A stretch of 64,000 bases of DNA from assembly GCA_028826165.1 (NCBI GenBank), contig JAPDFW010000070.1:434001-498000 (forward strand). Reading direction: 5' to 3'. The position numbers were made by a program, and so were the translations under genes. Under the pieces are notes generated by a model. The model saw nothing but the letters and a program-made list of their open reading frames with translations. It was not told where the DNA came from and did not search any database. The stretch is from Anaeramoeba ignava BMAN (Eukaryota; Protista; Anaeramoebae). Shown one piece after another: positions 9,724 to 23,048 of this stretch. Position 1 is the first letter of the stretch. Each line of letters opens with the position of its first letter.

Positions 9724-11985
9724 TCAAACTTTTCCTTGTTGAAAGCTTGTTATTCTTGATTGAATAACTCTCTATAAATAATTAAAAGAAAATTAGATTA
9801 AAATTTAGATTAAATTTTAAATGAATTTATATTAAATTTTAGATTAAATTTAGATTGAATTTAGATTAATTTAGATTGAATTTAGATTAAATTAGATTAA
9901 ATTAGATTAAATTTAGATTAAATTTAGATTAAATTTTAAATTAAATTTATATTAAATTTAGATTAAATTTAGATTAAATTTAGATTAAATTTAAAAGAAA
10001 ATTAGATTAAATTTAGATTAAATTTAGATTGAATTTAGATTAAATTTTGGATTAAATTTGAATTAAAATTTAGAAAATTTTTAGATTGGAATTTAGATTG
10101 AAATTTAGATTAAATTTAGAGATTAAAATTTTAAATTAATTTTAGATTAAATTTTATTTAGATTAAATTTTAAATTAATTTAGATTAAATTTAGATTAAA
10201 TTTAGATTTAAATTTAGATTAAATTTAGATTAAATTTAGATTAAAATTTTATATTAAATTTTAGATTAAATTTTATATTAAAATTTAGATTAAATTTAGA
10301 TTAAATTTAAATTAAATTTAGATTAAATTTAGATTAAATTTAAATTAAATTTAGATTAAATTTAGATTAAATTTAGATTAAATTTAGATTAAATTTAGAT
10401 TAAATTTAGATTAAATTTAGATTAAATTTATATTAAATTTAGATTAAATTTACAAAAACTTCTTTGATTGAATTAGTATTGGTTGCACAAGTAAAATGAG
10501 AAATTATAAATCTTGATTTATTGCGACCTTTTTTTGTTCCAACACGAATAAATTCAGTTTTAATGAAATCACAAGCATTTTCAAAGTTTGAACCACCTTG
10601 ATATCTTGGAAAATACTTTGATAAATCAATTTTCTTCAATTTATTTGCAAACAAATCAGTCTTATTAAACAATACAATGCAATTAGTTTTTTCAAAGTAT
10701 TCATTATTAATTGTTTCCTTGAATAAATTTAGCGATTCAGTTAAACGATTCACACTTTCATCTTCAAATAATTTTTGGTCATATTCATTCAAGGCAACAA
10801 CATAAACAATAACAGAAACGTTATCAAAATGATGGATCCATTTGCGGCGCTCTGAACGTTGTCCTCCAACATCAATAACTCTATATTTTTATTTTTCCAA
10901 ATTTTTTTATTTTCTTAATTTTTTTTTTGATTCAAAATTTTTTAGTTTTATTATCAATTACCTCCAAGGTGAACCTTTATGATCAAATGAAAGCATACGA
11001 ACTCCTGTTGTTGGAATTCTACAAGATAAGATGTCGTTATTTGTTGGTTGATAATTACTTGCTGTAATTCTATCAAGATCATCTAAAAAACTTTTTTTTT
11101 TTTTTAAAAAAAGTGGAAAATTTTGTTTAAAAAAAAAGAGTTGAAAAAAAAAATTTTTTTTTTTTGGAATTTTGTATTATTTACAGTCCTGCTGTATCTG
11201 GTATTTGAAGTTCTGATCTTGAATTGAATGTAATTTTAAGTGCAGGATCATTCCATAATCTTTTAATATTGCTAATTGTATCTGAAGGAATTTGACCTTT
11301 TACAAGTTGAGCTTCTTTAAGAAATTTTTGAGCCAATTTCTAAATTAATTTTAATTTTGATTTTGATTTTAATTTTGATTTTGATTTTGATTTTAATTTT
11401 GATTTTAATTTTAATTTTAATTTTGATTTTGATTTTAATTTTGATTTGATTTTAATTTTAATTTTAATTTTAATTTTAATTTTAATTTTAATTTTGATTT
11501 TAAATTTAATTTTAATTTTAATTTTAATTTTAATTTTAATTTTTAATTTTGATTTTAAATTACATTATTTTCTTGAAGAAGTGGAATATCCAATTTACGA
11601 GTTCCTTTAATCAAAACTTTAGTGTGGTCAATCAAATTATGTCGAATAACATTTCGATAAATTTTAAAATCTTGAGGTCCAAACCATTTGAAAAAGAATT
11701 TGAATTTTTGTTTAATTTGAAAATGACTTTTTCCAGATTTCCAGTTAAATTATAAATAGAAAAGATGATGAAGCATTACAATTAAAATTAAATGGAATTT
11801 TAAATAAAAATAATTGAAAAATTAAATACAAGATCATAAATAAAAATTAAATTAAAAATTAAAAATTGAATTTGTTTTGTTTTTGTTTACAAATTTATAA
11901 TTTAATTTTTATATGCTTGAATTTGTTTTTAAATTTACAAAAACGTTTTGATTGAATTTTATCTTTAGAAACTTTTGATCACATT
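9724..11985 (-). CDS. Heterotrimeric G-protein alpha subunit, copy with intact 3' exons and garbled 5' exons
   Basis: [32 protein letters not shown] and HFTCAT motifs; last exon 9771-9724. The 5' part (11700-11985) is full of indels. Confidence 0.85.
9790..10450. repeat. Intronic 11-bp repeat (TTAAATTTAGA)n
   Basis: Fills the last G-alpha intron. Confidence 0.88.
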
Positions 11986-12029
11986 TAATTCAAAAATGAA
12001 AAATATAAAATATAAATCTTGAAGATTTA

Positions 12030-13463
12030 ACCTTTTTGTATTAGAAACACGAATTAAATTCAGTTGAAATAAAATCAAAAGAATTTTCAAAGTTTGAATA
12101 AAAATGATATCTTGGAAAATACTTTTAAATCAATTTTCTTCCAATTTATTTAAAAACAAATCAGTCTTATTAAACAATACAATGCAATTAGTTTTTCAAA
12201 GTATTCATTATTTTAATTGTTTCCTTGAATAAATTTTTGATTCAGTTAAACGATTCACACTTTCATCTTCAAATAATTTTTTTGGTCATATTCATTCAAG
12301 GCAACAACATAAATGTAACAGAAACGTTATCAAAATGATGGATCCATTTGCGGCGCTCTGAACGTTGTCCTCCAACATCAATAACTCTATATTTTTATTT
12401 TTCCAAATTTTTATTTTCTTAATTTTTGATTCAAAAATTTTTAGTTTTTATTATCAATTACCTCCAAGGTGAACCTTTATGATCAAATGAAAGCATACGA
12501 ACTCCTGTTGTTGGAATTCTACAAGATAAGATGTCGTTATTTGTTGGTTGATAATTACTTGCTGTAATTCTATCAAGATCATCTAAAAAACTTTTTTTTC
12601 AAAAAGTGGAAAATTTTGTTTAAAAAAGTTGAAAAATTTTTGGAATTTTTTTTATTTTTACAGTCCTTTTGTATCTGGTATTTGAAGTTCTGATCTTGAA
12701 TTGAATGTAATTTTAAGTGCAGGATCATTCCATAATCTTTTAATATTGCTAATTGTATCTGAAGGAATTTGACCTTTTACAAGTTGAGCTTCTTTAAGAA
12801 ATTTTTGAGCCAATTTCTAAATTAATTTTAATTTTAATTTTAATTTTAATTTTAATTTTGATTTTGATTTTAATTTTGATTTTAATTTTAATTTTAATTT
12901 TAATTTTAATTTTAATTTTAATTTTAATTTTAATTTTAATTTCAATTTTAATTTTAATTTTAATTTTTTATTTTAATTTTAATTTTAATTTTGATTTTGA
13001 TTTTAAATTACATTATTTTCTTGAAGAAGTGGAATATCCAATTTACGAGTTCCTTTAATCAAAACTTTAGTATGGTCAATCAAATTATGTCGAATAACAT
13101 TTCGATAAATTTTAAAATCTTGAGGTCCAAATCCATTTTGAAAAAGAATTTGAATTTGTTTAATGAAAGTACTTTTTCCAGATTCTCCAGTTCCTATAAA
13201 TAGAAAAGATGATGAAGCATTACAATTACAAAATAAATGGAATTTTAAATAAAAAAATAAGTGAAAAATTAAATACAAGATCATAAATAAAAAATTAAAT
13301 TAAAAAAATTAAAAAGTGAATTTGTTTTCTTTTTTGTTTACAAACCTAATACTAATAATTTCACTTCTTTTTTATATGCTTCTGCTTGCTTTTTTAATTC
13401 TTCATCAATTTGTTCTGAACGTTTTTGTCGTTTAATTTTATCTTTAGAAACTTTTGATCCCAT
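12030..13463 (-). CDS. G-protein alpha subunit, copy with intact 5' exons (MGSKVSK...[17 protein letters not shown]) and garbled/truncated 3' part
   Basis: ATG at 13463, P-loop GESGKST; near-identical to 10500-11990 at ~1500 nt offset. Exon sequence at 12030-12320 has many indels and the last exon is absent. Confidence 0.8.
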
Positions 13464-14189
13464 TTAATTCAAAAAGGAAAAAAAATATAAAATAAAATTT
13501 AAAAAGATTTAATCAAAAAAAAAATTATTAGAATATTTGAATTGAAATTGAATTGGAAATGAAATGCAAAAGAAATTAAAATTAAAAAAGAATAAAAAAA
13601 TGAATCAAATCAAAGTCAGTTTTTTTTTTTTAAATAATCCTTTGTTATCAAAATTATCATAAATTCAAAAAAAAAAAAAAAAGCAAAAAACAAAATTACA
13701 ATTTAATTTGATTTTCAAATTAATCCTTTTTTTCTTAAAAATATAATTTTATTATTTAACAATTTTTTATTTTAAAAATCAACAAAATTTTATTTTTCTT
13801 TTTAAATAATTTTAATTTTTTGATTTTTATAAAATTTATTCTCCAATTTTTATTTTCTTTTTCTTTATTTTTGAATTTATAGCAAATAATTTTAATTTAA
13901 ATTAATAATTTAATTTTAATTTTAAAATTTGTTTAAATTTTCTTTGTATTTTTATTTATTTTTAAGTTTTATCTCTAAAATAACAATGACAAAGCATTTT
14001 ATCCTTAATTTAAATTTTTCTTTTTGAAATTTTTGAATTTTTATTTGAAATTTAAAAAAAAATTTGATTTATTTTAATTATTAAAATTTATTAAAAAGAT
14101 CAATAAATTAATTTTAAAAACTATTTTTATTTTTGAATTTTAGCAAATAATTTAAAATTTGGATTAAATTTAATTATTTGATCTAATTT

Positions 14190-16230
14190 TTCTTTTTAAA
14201 ATATTTTAAATTTATTTTTTTTATATTAATTTTTAAAATGGAATTAAATTTATTTATTAATTTTATATTTTTATTTTTTTATATTACATTTTATATAAAT
14301 TATTATAATTTAAATTAATTATTTAGATTAATATTTATGATTAAAATATAATTAAAATATTTTATTTATTTTATATTAATTTTTAAAATGGAATTAAATT
14401 ATATAATTAATTTATGTTTTTATTTTAAATTATTATATTTTATATAAATTATTATAATTTAAATTAATATATTTTTATTTAGATTAATATTTATTATTAA
14501 AAATATATTAAAATATTTTATTTATTTTATATTAATTTTTTAAAATGGAATTAAATTATATTAAAATATTTTATATTAATTTTTTATTTTTATTTTAAAA
14601 AATATAAATTTTATTTAAATTATTATAATTTAAAGAATTAATTTATTTATGATTAAAATATTAATTTAAAATATTTTATCTATTTTTATATTAATTTTTA
14701 AAAATTTAGAATTAAATTTATATTAATTTATGTTTTTTGCGTATTTTAAAATAGAATTAATATTTTATTTATAAAATTATTTATTATAATTTAAATTAAT
14801 TATTTAGATTAATATTTTTTATTATTAAAAATTAATTAAAATATTTTATTTATTTTTTATTAATTTTTAAAATAGAATTAAAATTTATATTAATTTATGT
14901 TTTTATTTTAAAATATATTTTATATAAATTATTATAATTTAAATTAATTATTTAGATTAATATTTATGATTAAAATTTAATTAAAATATTTTATTTATTT
15001 TTTATTAATTTTTAAAATAGAATTAAATTTATATTAATTTATGTTTTATTTTAAAATTTATTTTATATAAATTTTTAAAATAAAAAAATTAAATATTTTA
15101 TTTATTTTTAATTAATTTTTATTAAATTTATATTAAAAAATGTTTTATTTTTATTTTTTTTATTTTATATTAATTTTTAAAATGGATGATTAAAAAATAA
15201 TTAAAATATTTTATTTATTTTATTTTATTTTTATATAATATTAAATTATTATTATTTTATTATTTAATATTTTTATTATTAAAAATTTATATTAAATTTT
15301 ATTTTATTTTTTTTTATTTATTTTTAAAATAGAATTAAATTTATATTAATTTATTTTTTTTATTTTAAAATATATTTTATATAAATTATTATAATTTAAA
15401 TTAATTATTTAGATTAATATTTATGATTAAAAATTTAATTAAAAAATATTTTATTTATTTTTATTAATTTTTAAAATGGAATTAAATTTATATTAATTTA
15501 TGTTTTAAAATTTTTAAAATATATTTTATATATTTTTATTAAATTATTATAATTTAATTTAATTATTTTAGATTAATATTTATGATTAAAAATATAATTA
15601 AAATATTTTATTTATTTTATATTAATTTTTAAAAAATATTTAATTAAATTTTATTAATTTATAAAATATTTTTTTTTTTTTTTAAAATATATTTTATATA
15701 AATTATTATAATTTTTAAATTAATAAATTTAGGGATTAATATTTATTATTAAAAATTTAATTAAAATATTTTATTTATTTTATATTAATTTTTAAAATAG
15801 AATTAAATTTATATTAATTTATATTTTTATTTTTAAATTATATTTTATATAAATTATTATAATTTAAATTAATTATTTAGATTAATATTTATTATTTAAA
15901 AATATATTAAAAATATTTTTTTATTTATTTTTTTTATTAATTTTTAAAATAGAATTAAATTTATATTAATTTATGTTTTCATTTTAAAATACATTTTATA
16001 TAAATTATTATAATTTAAATTAATTATTTAGATTAATATTTATTATTAAAAATATATTAAAATATTTTATTTATTTTTTATTAATTTTTAAAATGGAATT
16101 AAATTTATATTAATTTATGTTTTTAATTTTAAAATATATTTTATATAAATTATTATAATTTAAATTAATTATTTAAATTAATATTTATTATTAAAATTTA
16201 ATTAAAATATTTTATTTATTTTATAATTAA
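14190..16230. repeat. Intergenic ~150-bp satellite, about 13 copies
   Basis: The TTTAGATTAAT landmark (G position) recurs at 14326, 14482, 14807, 14955, 15412, 15571, 15732, 15880 and 16031; adjacent spacing is 148-161 nt. Confidence 0.85.
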
Positions 16231-16329
16231 AGAAAAAGGAGAAAAAATAAAGGAGAAAAAAAAATTTTTTTATTTTTTTATTTTTAATTAATTTTAATTT
16301 TTTTTTTCATTTTTTTTTTCTCTTTTATT

Positions 16330-19300
16330 ATGGGTAATTAATTAAAAAAAAAAATGCAAAACGGAACAAAAAAAAATTTAAAAAAAAAAACAAAACTTTT
16401 TAAACAATTTCTAAACTGAATTTCTTATAAAAACAAATTTAAAAAATTAAAAAAATAATTTAAAAAAAAATAAAAAATAATAAATAAATTGATTTCAATA
16501 ATTAAAAATCAATTTTGAACGAATAAAATTCGCATCTTCTTTCAAATATTTTGTGCTTTTAAATAAAAGCTGATTCGAAAGAAGGAATCGATCCAATTCA
16601 AGTTTTAACGGATGAATTGAAAAACGAAGATGTGCAATTAAGATTGAATTCACTCAGACAAATAAGCACAATTGCACAAGCAATTGGACAAGAGCGCACA
16701 AGAAACGAACTTGTTCCCTTTTTAGCGGGTACAGTTCTTGAATTAATTTGAAAATCTCAGAAGCAGAAGATTTTCATTTTTCAATTTAAATCAAATCAAA
16801 TTAAATTTAATTAAATTTTTATTTATTTTTCTTTAATGATCCATTGTGGTCATAAAAATATAATTATATATTTCATCTTTGAATAACCTCTTGCAGAGGC
16901 AACTGATGATGAAGATGAAGTGCTTCTTGTTCTTGCTGAAGAACTTGGAAATCTTATTGAATTTGTTGGTGGAAGTGAATATGCACATAAGATTTTGCAA
17001 CCACTTCAGAATTTAGCTTCTGTAGAAGAAACTGTTGTAAGAGAAAAGGTAAGGATTCTTTATCATTATATTTTTGGAGGAATAATTCCCAGATCTCTTT
17101 TACTTCAAAATGATTTAAAATTCATTTATAAAATTAAATTTAAAATTCAATTATAAAATTAAATTGAAAATTCATTTATAAAATTAATTTATAAAATTAA
17201 AATTCATTTATAAAATTAAATTAAAAATTCATTTATAAAATTAAATTAAAAATTCATTTATAAAATTCATTTATAAAATTCATTTATAAAATTAATTTAT
17301 AAAATTAAATTGAAAATTAAATTAAAAATTAAATTAAAAATTAAATTAAAATTAAATTAAAAATTCATTTATAAAATTAAATTAAAAATTAAATTAAAAA
17401 TTTTTTAAAAATAGTGTGTTGAATCTATCGTTAAAATTGCTCGTGAACTTGAAGAAGAACAAATTCAAGATTATTTACATCCTCTTTTGAAAACTCTTTC
17501 TGAAGGTGAATGGTTTACTTCAAGATCTTCTGCTTGCGGTTTATTTGCAGTTACATATCAAAGTGTTGATGATAAATCAAAAGCTGAATTAAGAAAGTAA
17601 AAAATTATTTGAATAAAAATTTTAAAATAAAAATTCACAATCAACAAATTTTTTTTTTCTTTTAGAACTTTCGCAAAATTATGTGGTGATGAAACACCAA
17701 TGGTTAGAAGAGCCGCAGCACAAAATTTAGCAGTAAATTATATTTTTTTTTATTTAGTTTGAATTTTATTTAATACGAAAAAAAAAATCAAAAAAAAAAT
17801 CAAATAGTCATTTGTTCCACATATTGAACTAGAATTTTTAGTTTCAGAATTTGTTCCATTATTTACAAAACTTTCAAAAGATGAACAAGATAATGTCCGT
17901 TTATTTGCAGTTGATAATTGTGTTTCACTTGCTAAAGTTTTCCAAACTGAAGACGAAACTCTAACGCATGTTCTTCCAGTATTCAAAGCAACAATTAGTG
18001 ATAAATCATGGAGAGTGAGATATATGGCTTCTGAAAAGTTTTGTCAAGTAAAAATTATTTAAAACTCAAAAAACTTTTTTTTTACATGAAATTTTGAAAA
18101 ATTAACTTTTTTATTAATTAAAAAACTTTTTTTTACATGAAATTTTGGAAAATTAACTTTTTTATTAATTAAAAAACTTTTTTTTACATGAAATTTTGGA
18201 AAATTAACTTTTTTATTAATTAAAAAACTTTTTTTTACATGAAAATTAGTTTTGTGAATCACTTGGTCCTGAATTAACAAAACAACATTTGGTTGAATCT
18301 TTTGTTGATCTTTTGAAAGATTATGAAGCCGAAATACGTACAAGTGCTACTCTTAAGATAGCCGAATTTTGTTCAAGAATTAGAATTTTCCGTGAAGTTA
18401 TTATTGAAAAAATTATGCCTGTTATTAAGGAGCTTCGGAATGATATTTCTGATCATGTTAAAGGTTAATATTTAGAAAAAAAAAAAATTTAAAGCAAATT
18501 CAAACTAAAAATTTAAAAAAATATTTCATTTTAAATTGAATAGCTGCGCTTGCATCATCTGTAACTGCTTTAGCACCTGTAATTGGAAAAGATGATTCAG
18601 TTAAATTTCTTGTTCCTTTATATTTGGATTTATTAAAAGAAGATATTCCTGAAGTTAAGATTAATATTGTATCCAAATTGGATAGTGTAACACAAGTTAT
18701 CGGAATTGAAGTTCTTGCAAGCTCAATACTTCCTGCAATTGTAGAACTTACAGATGACAGACAATGGCGTGTTAGAATGTCAATGATTGAATTTATTCCA
18801 TCTCTTGCTATTCAGCTTGTAAATCAAAAATTAAAATTAAAATTCATTTTGAAATTAAAATTAAAATTAAAATTCATTTTGAAATTAAAATTAAAATTCA
18901 TTTTGAAATTAAAATTAAAATTCATTTTGAAATTAAAATTAAAATTCATTTTGAAATTAAATTTAAAATTAAAATTAAAATTTAAAATTAAAATTAAATT
19001 TGAAATTAAAATTAAAATTTAAAATTAAAATTAAAATTCATTTTGAAATTAAAATTAAAATTAAATTTAAAATTAAAATTAAAATTCATTTTGAAATTAA
19101 AATTTAAATTCAATTTAAAATTCATTTTGAAATTAAAATTCATTTTGAAATTAAAATTATAATTCATTTTGAAATTGAAATTAAAATTAAAATTAAAAAT
19201 TAAATCATCATAAATAAAAGGGTGTCGAGTTTTTTGATGAAAAATTGGTTGAATTATGTAGAACTTGGTTAATGGATTCAGTTTATAAAATTAGAGAAAT

Positions 19301-19970
19301 TGCTGCTAAAAACTTAAAGAGATTAACTGAATCATTTGGAACAGAATGGTTTCAATCAACAATGATGCCAAAGGTTGTTGATCTTTTGAAACATAAAAAC
19401 TATCTTTTCAGACAAATTGCAATGTACACCTTTACAGTAAGTTTTAAAATTCAAAAAATAAATTTAATTTAAAAATAAATTTAATTCAAAAATAAATTTA
19501 ATTTAAAAATAAATTTAATTTAAAAATAAATTTAATTCAAAAATAAATTTAATCCAAAAATAAATTTAATTCAAAAATAAATTTAATTCAAAAATAAATT
19601 TAATCCAAAAATAAATTTAATTCAAAAATAAATTTAATCCAAAAATAAATTTAATTTAAAAATAAATTTAATTCAAAAATAAATTTAATTTAAAAACTTA
19701 ATTAATAAATTCATTAAAAAATAGACACTTGCTCCAGAACTTGGAACAGAATTTTTAACTAAATCCGTTCTTCCTGAAATTACAAAACTAAAAACAGATT
19801 CTGTTGCAAACGTGAAAATGTTTTTGGCAAAAACACTTCAATCTTTAATTCCATATCTTGAAGAAAACACAATTCAAACAGACGTTAAAAGTTGTTTAAG
19901 TGAACTCTCAAAATCTGATGATAATGATGTTAAATCTTACGCTAACCAAGCTCTTAGCAAATGTTCCTAA
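16330..19970 (+). CDS. PPP2R1A: Protein phosphatase 2A scaffold (A/PR65) subunit, HEAT repeats
   Basis: 10 exons, the first contributing only [33 protein letters not shown]...[18 protein letters not shown]; [15 protein letters not shown]; [12 protein letters not shown]; [12 protein letters not shown]; [11 protein letters not shown]; DKSWRVRY; DRQWRVR; [13 protein letters not shown]. Confidence 0.97.
18068..18245. repeat. Intronic ~54-bp tandem repeat, about 3.3 copies
   Basis: AAAAACTTTTTTTTTACATGAAATTTTGGAAAATTAACTTTTTTATTAATT repeated inside a PP2A intron. Confidence 0.85.
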
Positions 19971-20395
19971 ACAATTCATCAAAAAAAAAAATTATTAAAT
20001 TTCAACTTCAAATTTCGATTCAAATCAAAAATAACTTTGATCTGAAATTTTCCTTTTTTTTTTTTTTTTCCAAATTGTCTTTCCTTTCAAAAGAAAAAAA
20101 ATTTTTTTTTCCAAATTTTTTTTTACTTTTCTCTTTTTTTTTGCTTTTTTACCTTTTTTTTTTTGAAAGGAAAAATAAAACCAATTCTTTTTAAAAAAAA
20201 AAAAAGGAAAAAAAAAAATAAAAGAATTGGTAAAAAAAAACAAAAAAAAAATTAAAAAAAAACAAAAATGGAAAATTTCAAAACAAATTCCAAAATAAAC
20301 TTTCAAATTTTTTTAAAAAAAAGATTAAAAAAAAAAGATTAAAAAAAAAGATTAAAAAAAAAAGATTAAAAAGATTAAAAAAAGAATTCCACTTT

Positions 20396-22105
20396 TTAAT
20401 CCCAATTAATTTCAAAATCAATAATTTTCATTCCTTTTGCTATAAAAGGTAAAGAAACAATAAATGTTGGAATACAAGAAATCAAAAACTTAACTTGAGG
20501 ATGATTTAATGATTGCAAATCAAGTTCTGAATTTTTTGATTTTAACAATTTAATTTGTTCATCATTTTGAATTGATAATTTTTCATTTTGTAATAATTGA
20601 GAATTAACAAGATGTATTTTTGAATCTTTTTTAGTTTGTTGGATATCATCATTTAAAGAAGATATTGAATCATGAATATAAAAAATTTGACTATTTACAT
20701 TTTCAATTCGAGCTTTTGTTACTTCAATTTTTTGGGAAGTAATTTTGTTTTTTTCTTGAATTTCATTGATTTCTTCATCAAGTTTTTTACTTAAATTTTC
20801 TTGTTCTTCAATTAAAAATTCTCTTTTTAATTTTTTGATTTCTGTTTCAAGTTCAAGTTGTTTTTGCATTTTTGGATTCAGTTGATCTCTTAAAAGAATT
20901 ATGTTATTATTTAATTCTTGTATTTGTTGATAGTGACTAATTTGTTGTGTTTTGATTTTGTTTTTAATCATTATTTTTTGATTTATATTGTTTTCAAGAA
21001 TTTCTTTTTGTTTTTCAATTTCTTTTGAGATTCCTCCAATAAGTTTTATTGATTCAGGATTTTGATTAGATTTCTTTTGTTAATTTTAATTTTATAAATG
21101 AATTTCAAAATGAATTTTATAAATGAATTTTAATTTTAATTTTAATGTTAATTTTAATTTTATAAATGAATTTTAATTTGAATTTTAATTTTAATTTTAA
21201 TTTTAATTTTAATTTTAATTTTAATTTTAATTTTAATTTTATAAATGAATTTTAATTTCAAAATGAATTTTAATTTCTAAATTAATTTTTAATTTCTAAA
21301 TTAATTTTAATTTTAATTTTAATTTTAATTTCTAAATTAATTTTAATTTTAATTTTAATTTTAATTTTAATTTTAATTTTATAAATGAATTTTATAAATG
21401 AATTTTCAATTTAATTTTAATATTAATTTTAATTTTAATTTTAATTTTAATTTTAATTTTAATTTTAATCTTAATTTTAATCTTAATTTTAATTTTAATT
21501 TTAATTTTAATTTTAATTTTAATTTTAATTTTATAAATGAATTTTAATTTTAATTTTAATTTTAAATTTTAATTTTAATTTTTTTAATTTTAATTTTATA
21601 AATGAATTTCAATTTTAATTTTAATTTTATAAATGAATTTTAATTTTAATTTTGATTTTAATTTTATAAATGAATTTTAATTTTATGAATGAATTTTAAT
21701 TTTTTTGAACTTTTTTTTTACAGTTCCAAAAAATTTTTTAAAAAAAAGAAAAGAAAAGAATTTAAAATTTACTGGTAAAATTGAACGAATTCTATCTGAA
21801 AAATGTAAACTTTTGCGAAAAAAAGAATTAAGTTTGTTTTCTGTTTTTGTATTTTTTGTTTCTAATGTTTTTTTTTGACGGAAAAGAGATTGAAATTCTC
21901 TACGTTTTCCAAGTGATATAACAATATTTTTATCAAGTTCTGTTTTTCCATATCGATTTAAATTTTGAAATCTTTGTGCTTTTGTTGAAAGAATTTTCTC
22001 TATTTCTTTTAATCGTTGATTTTTTGTTGTAAATATTTCTTGAAGTTTTTCATATTGTTTTTTTTCAAAATCAAGTTCTGTTTCAATTTGACCTAAAAGA
22101 GCCAT
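20396..22105 (-). CDS. Hypothetical coiled-coil protein (2 exons)
   Basis: Exon 1 22105-21773 and exon 2 21073-20396 join in frame across a repeat-filled GT-AG intron; K/E/Q/L-rich heptads. Confidence 0.75.
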
Positions 22106-22222
22106 TTTTTATTAAAAGAAAAAAAAATGAAAAAATGAAAAATGAAAATTGAAAAAATGAAAATTTATTTTTTTTCTTCCTCTTTTTTTCTTCTTCTTTT
22201 TTTTCTTTTTACTTATTTTGAA

Positions 22223-22919
22223 ATGAGTAAAGTTTGGTTTCTACGCATTTTAGTTTTAGTTTTTCTTTTTTTATGTGCAATATTTGTACATTTTTAATTC
22301 CAAAAAAATTAATTACAAAAATTAATTCCAAAAAATTTATTCCAAAAAATTTAATTATAAAAACTTAATTATAAAAAATTTATTCCAAAAAATTTAATTA
22401 TAAAAAATTTAATTTAAATTCAAGTCCGCAATTTCTATTGGATCTTATTCCATTCTAAAAGCAAAAGAATCATATGGTAGTTCCAGTTCCGCAACATATT
22501 TTGGTAACTTTTTAGGATATACAACAGAAACAGGAGAATCAGATCAAGATATAGTAACAATTTGTGGAGCAAAAGAAGATGATGATACACTTTATCGAGG
22601 ATTTATAACTAACGCTCTTTTTGGTTTCATTGCTTTTATGTTTTTTATGAATGCTTTTGCATTTATTTTACACAAACCAAAATTATCTTTCGTTTTGGCT
22701 ATTATTGCTACTTGTTTTATTTTCCTTGCTTTTGTTGTTATTGCTGGTTCGTGGAGAGAGAGTAAAACTTATGATGAAATTAAAAAAGGTGCTCCAAGTT
22801 ATGTAAAACTGGAACTTGGTTATGGTGTTGGTTTTGCTTTGGAAGTTCTTGCTTTCTTTTTCGGTATTTTCTCTATTCTTGGTTCGCTTTTAATTTCAAG
22901 ATGGACTAAAAAAATTTGA
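22223..22919 (+). CDS. Claudin/PMP22-like four-TM protein, subtype A, copy 1
   Basis: Exon 1 22223-22285 (MSKVWFLRILVLVFLFLCAIF), exon 2 22425-22919 (SAISIGSY...YFGNFLG...ICG...TM2, TM3, LGYGVGFALEVLAFF TM4). Confidence 0.8.
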
Positions 22920-23048
22920 TTTCTTTTTTTCCTCTTTTTATCTTTTCCTCTTTTTTTTTAAAAAAATTAATAAATCAAATTTCATTTTTTTCTTTCACTT
23001 CTATTCTTTTTATTCTCTTTTATTCTCTTTTATTCTCTTTTATTTTAA

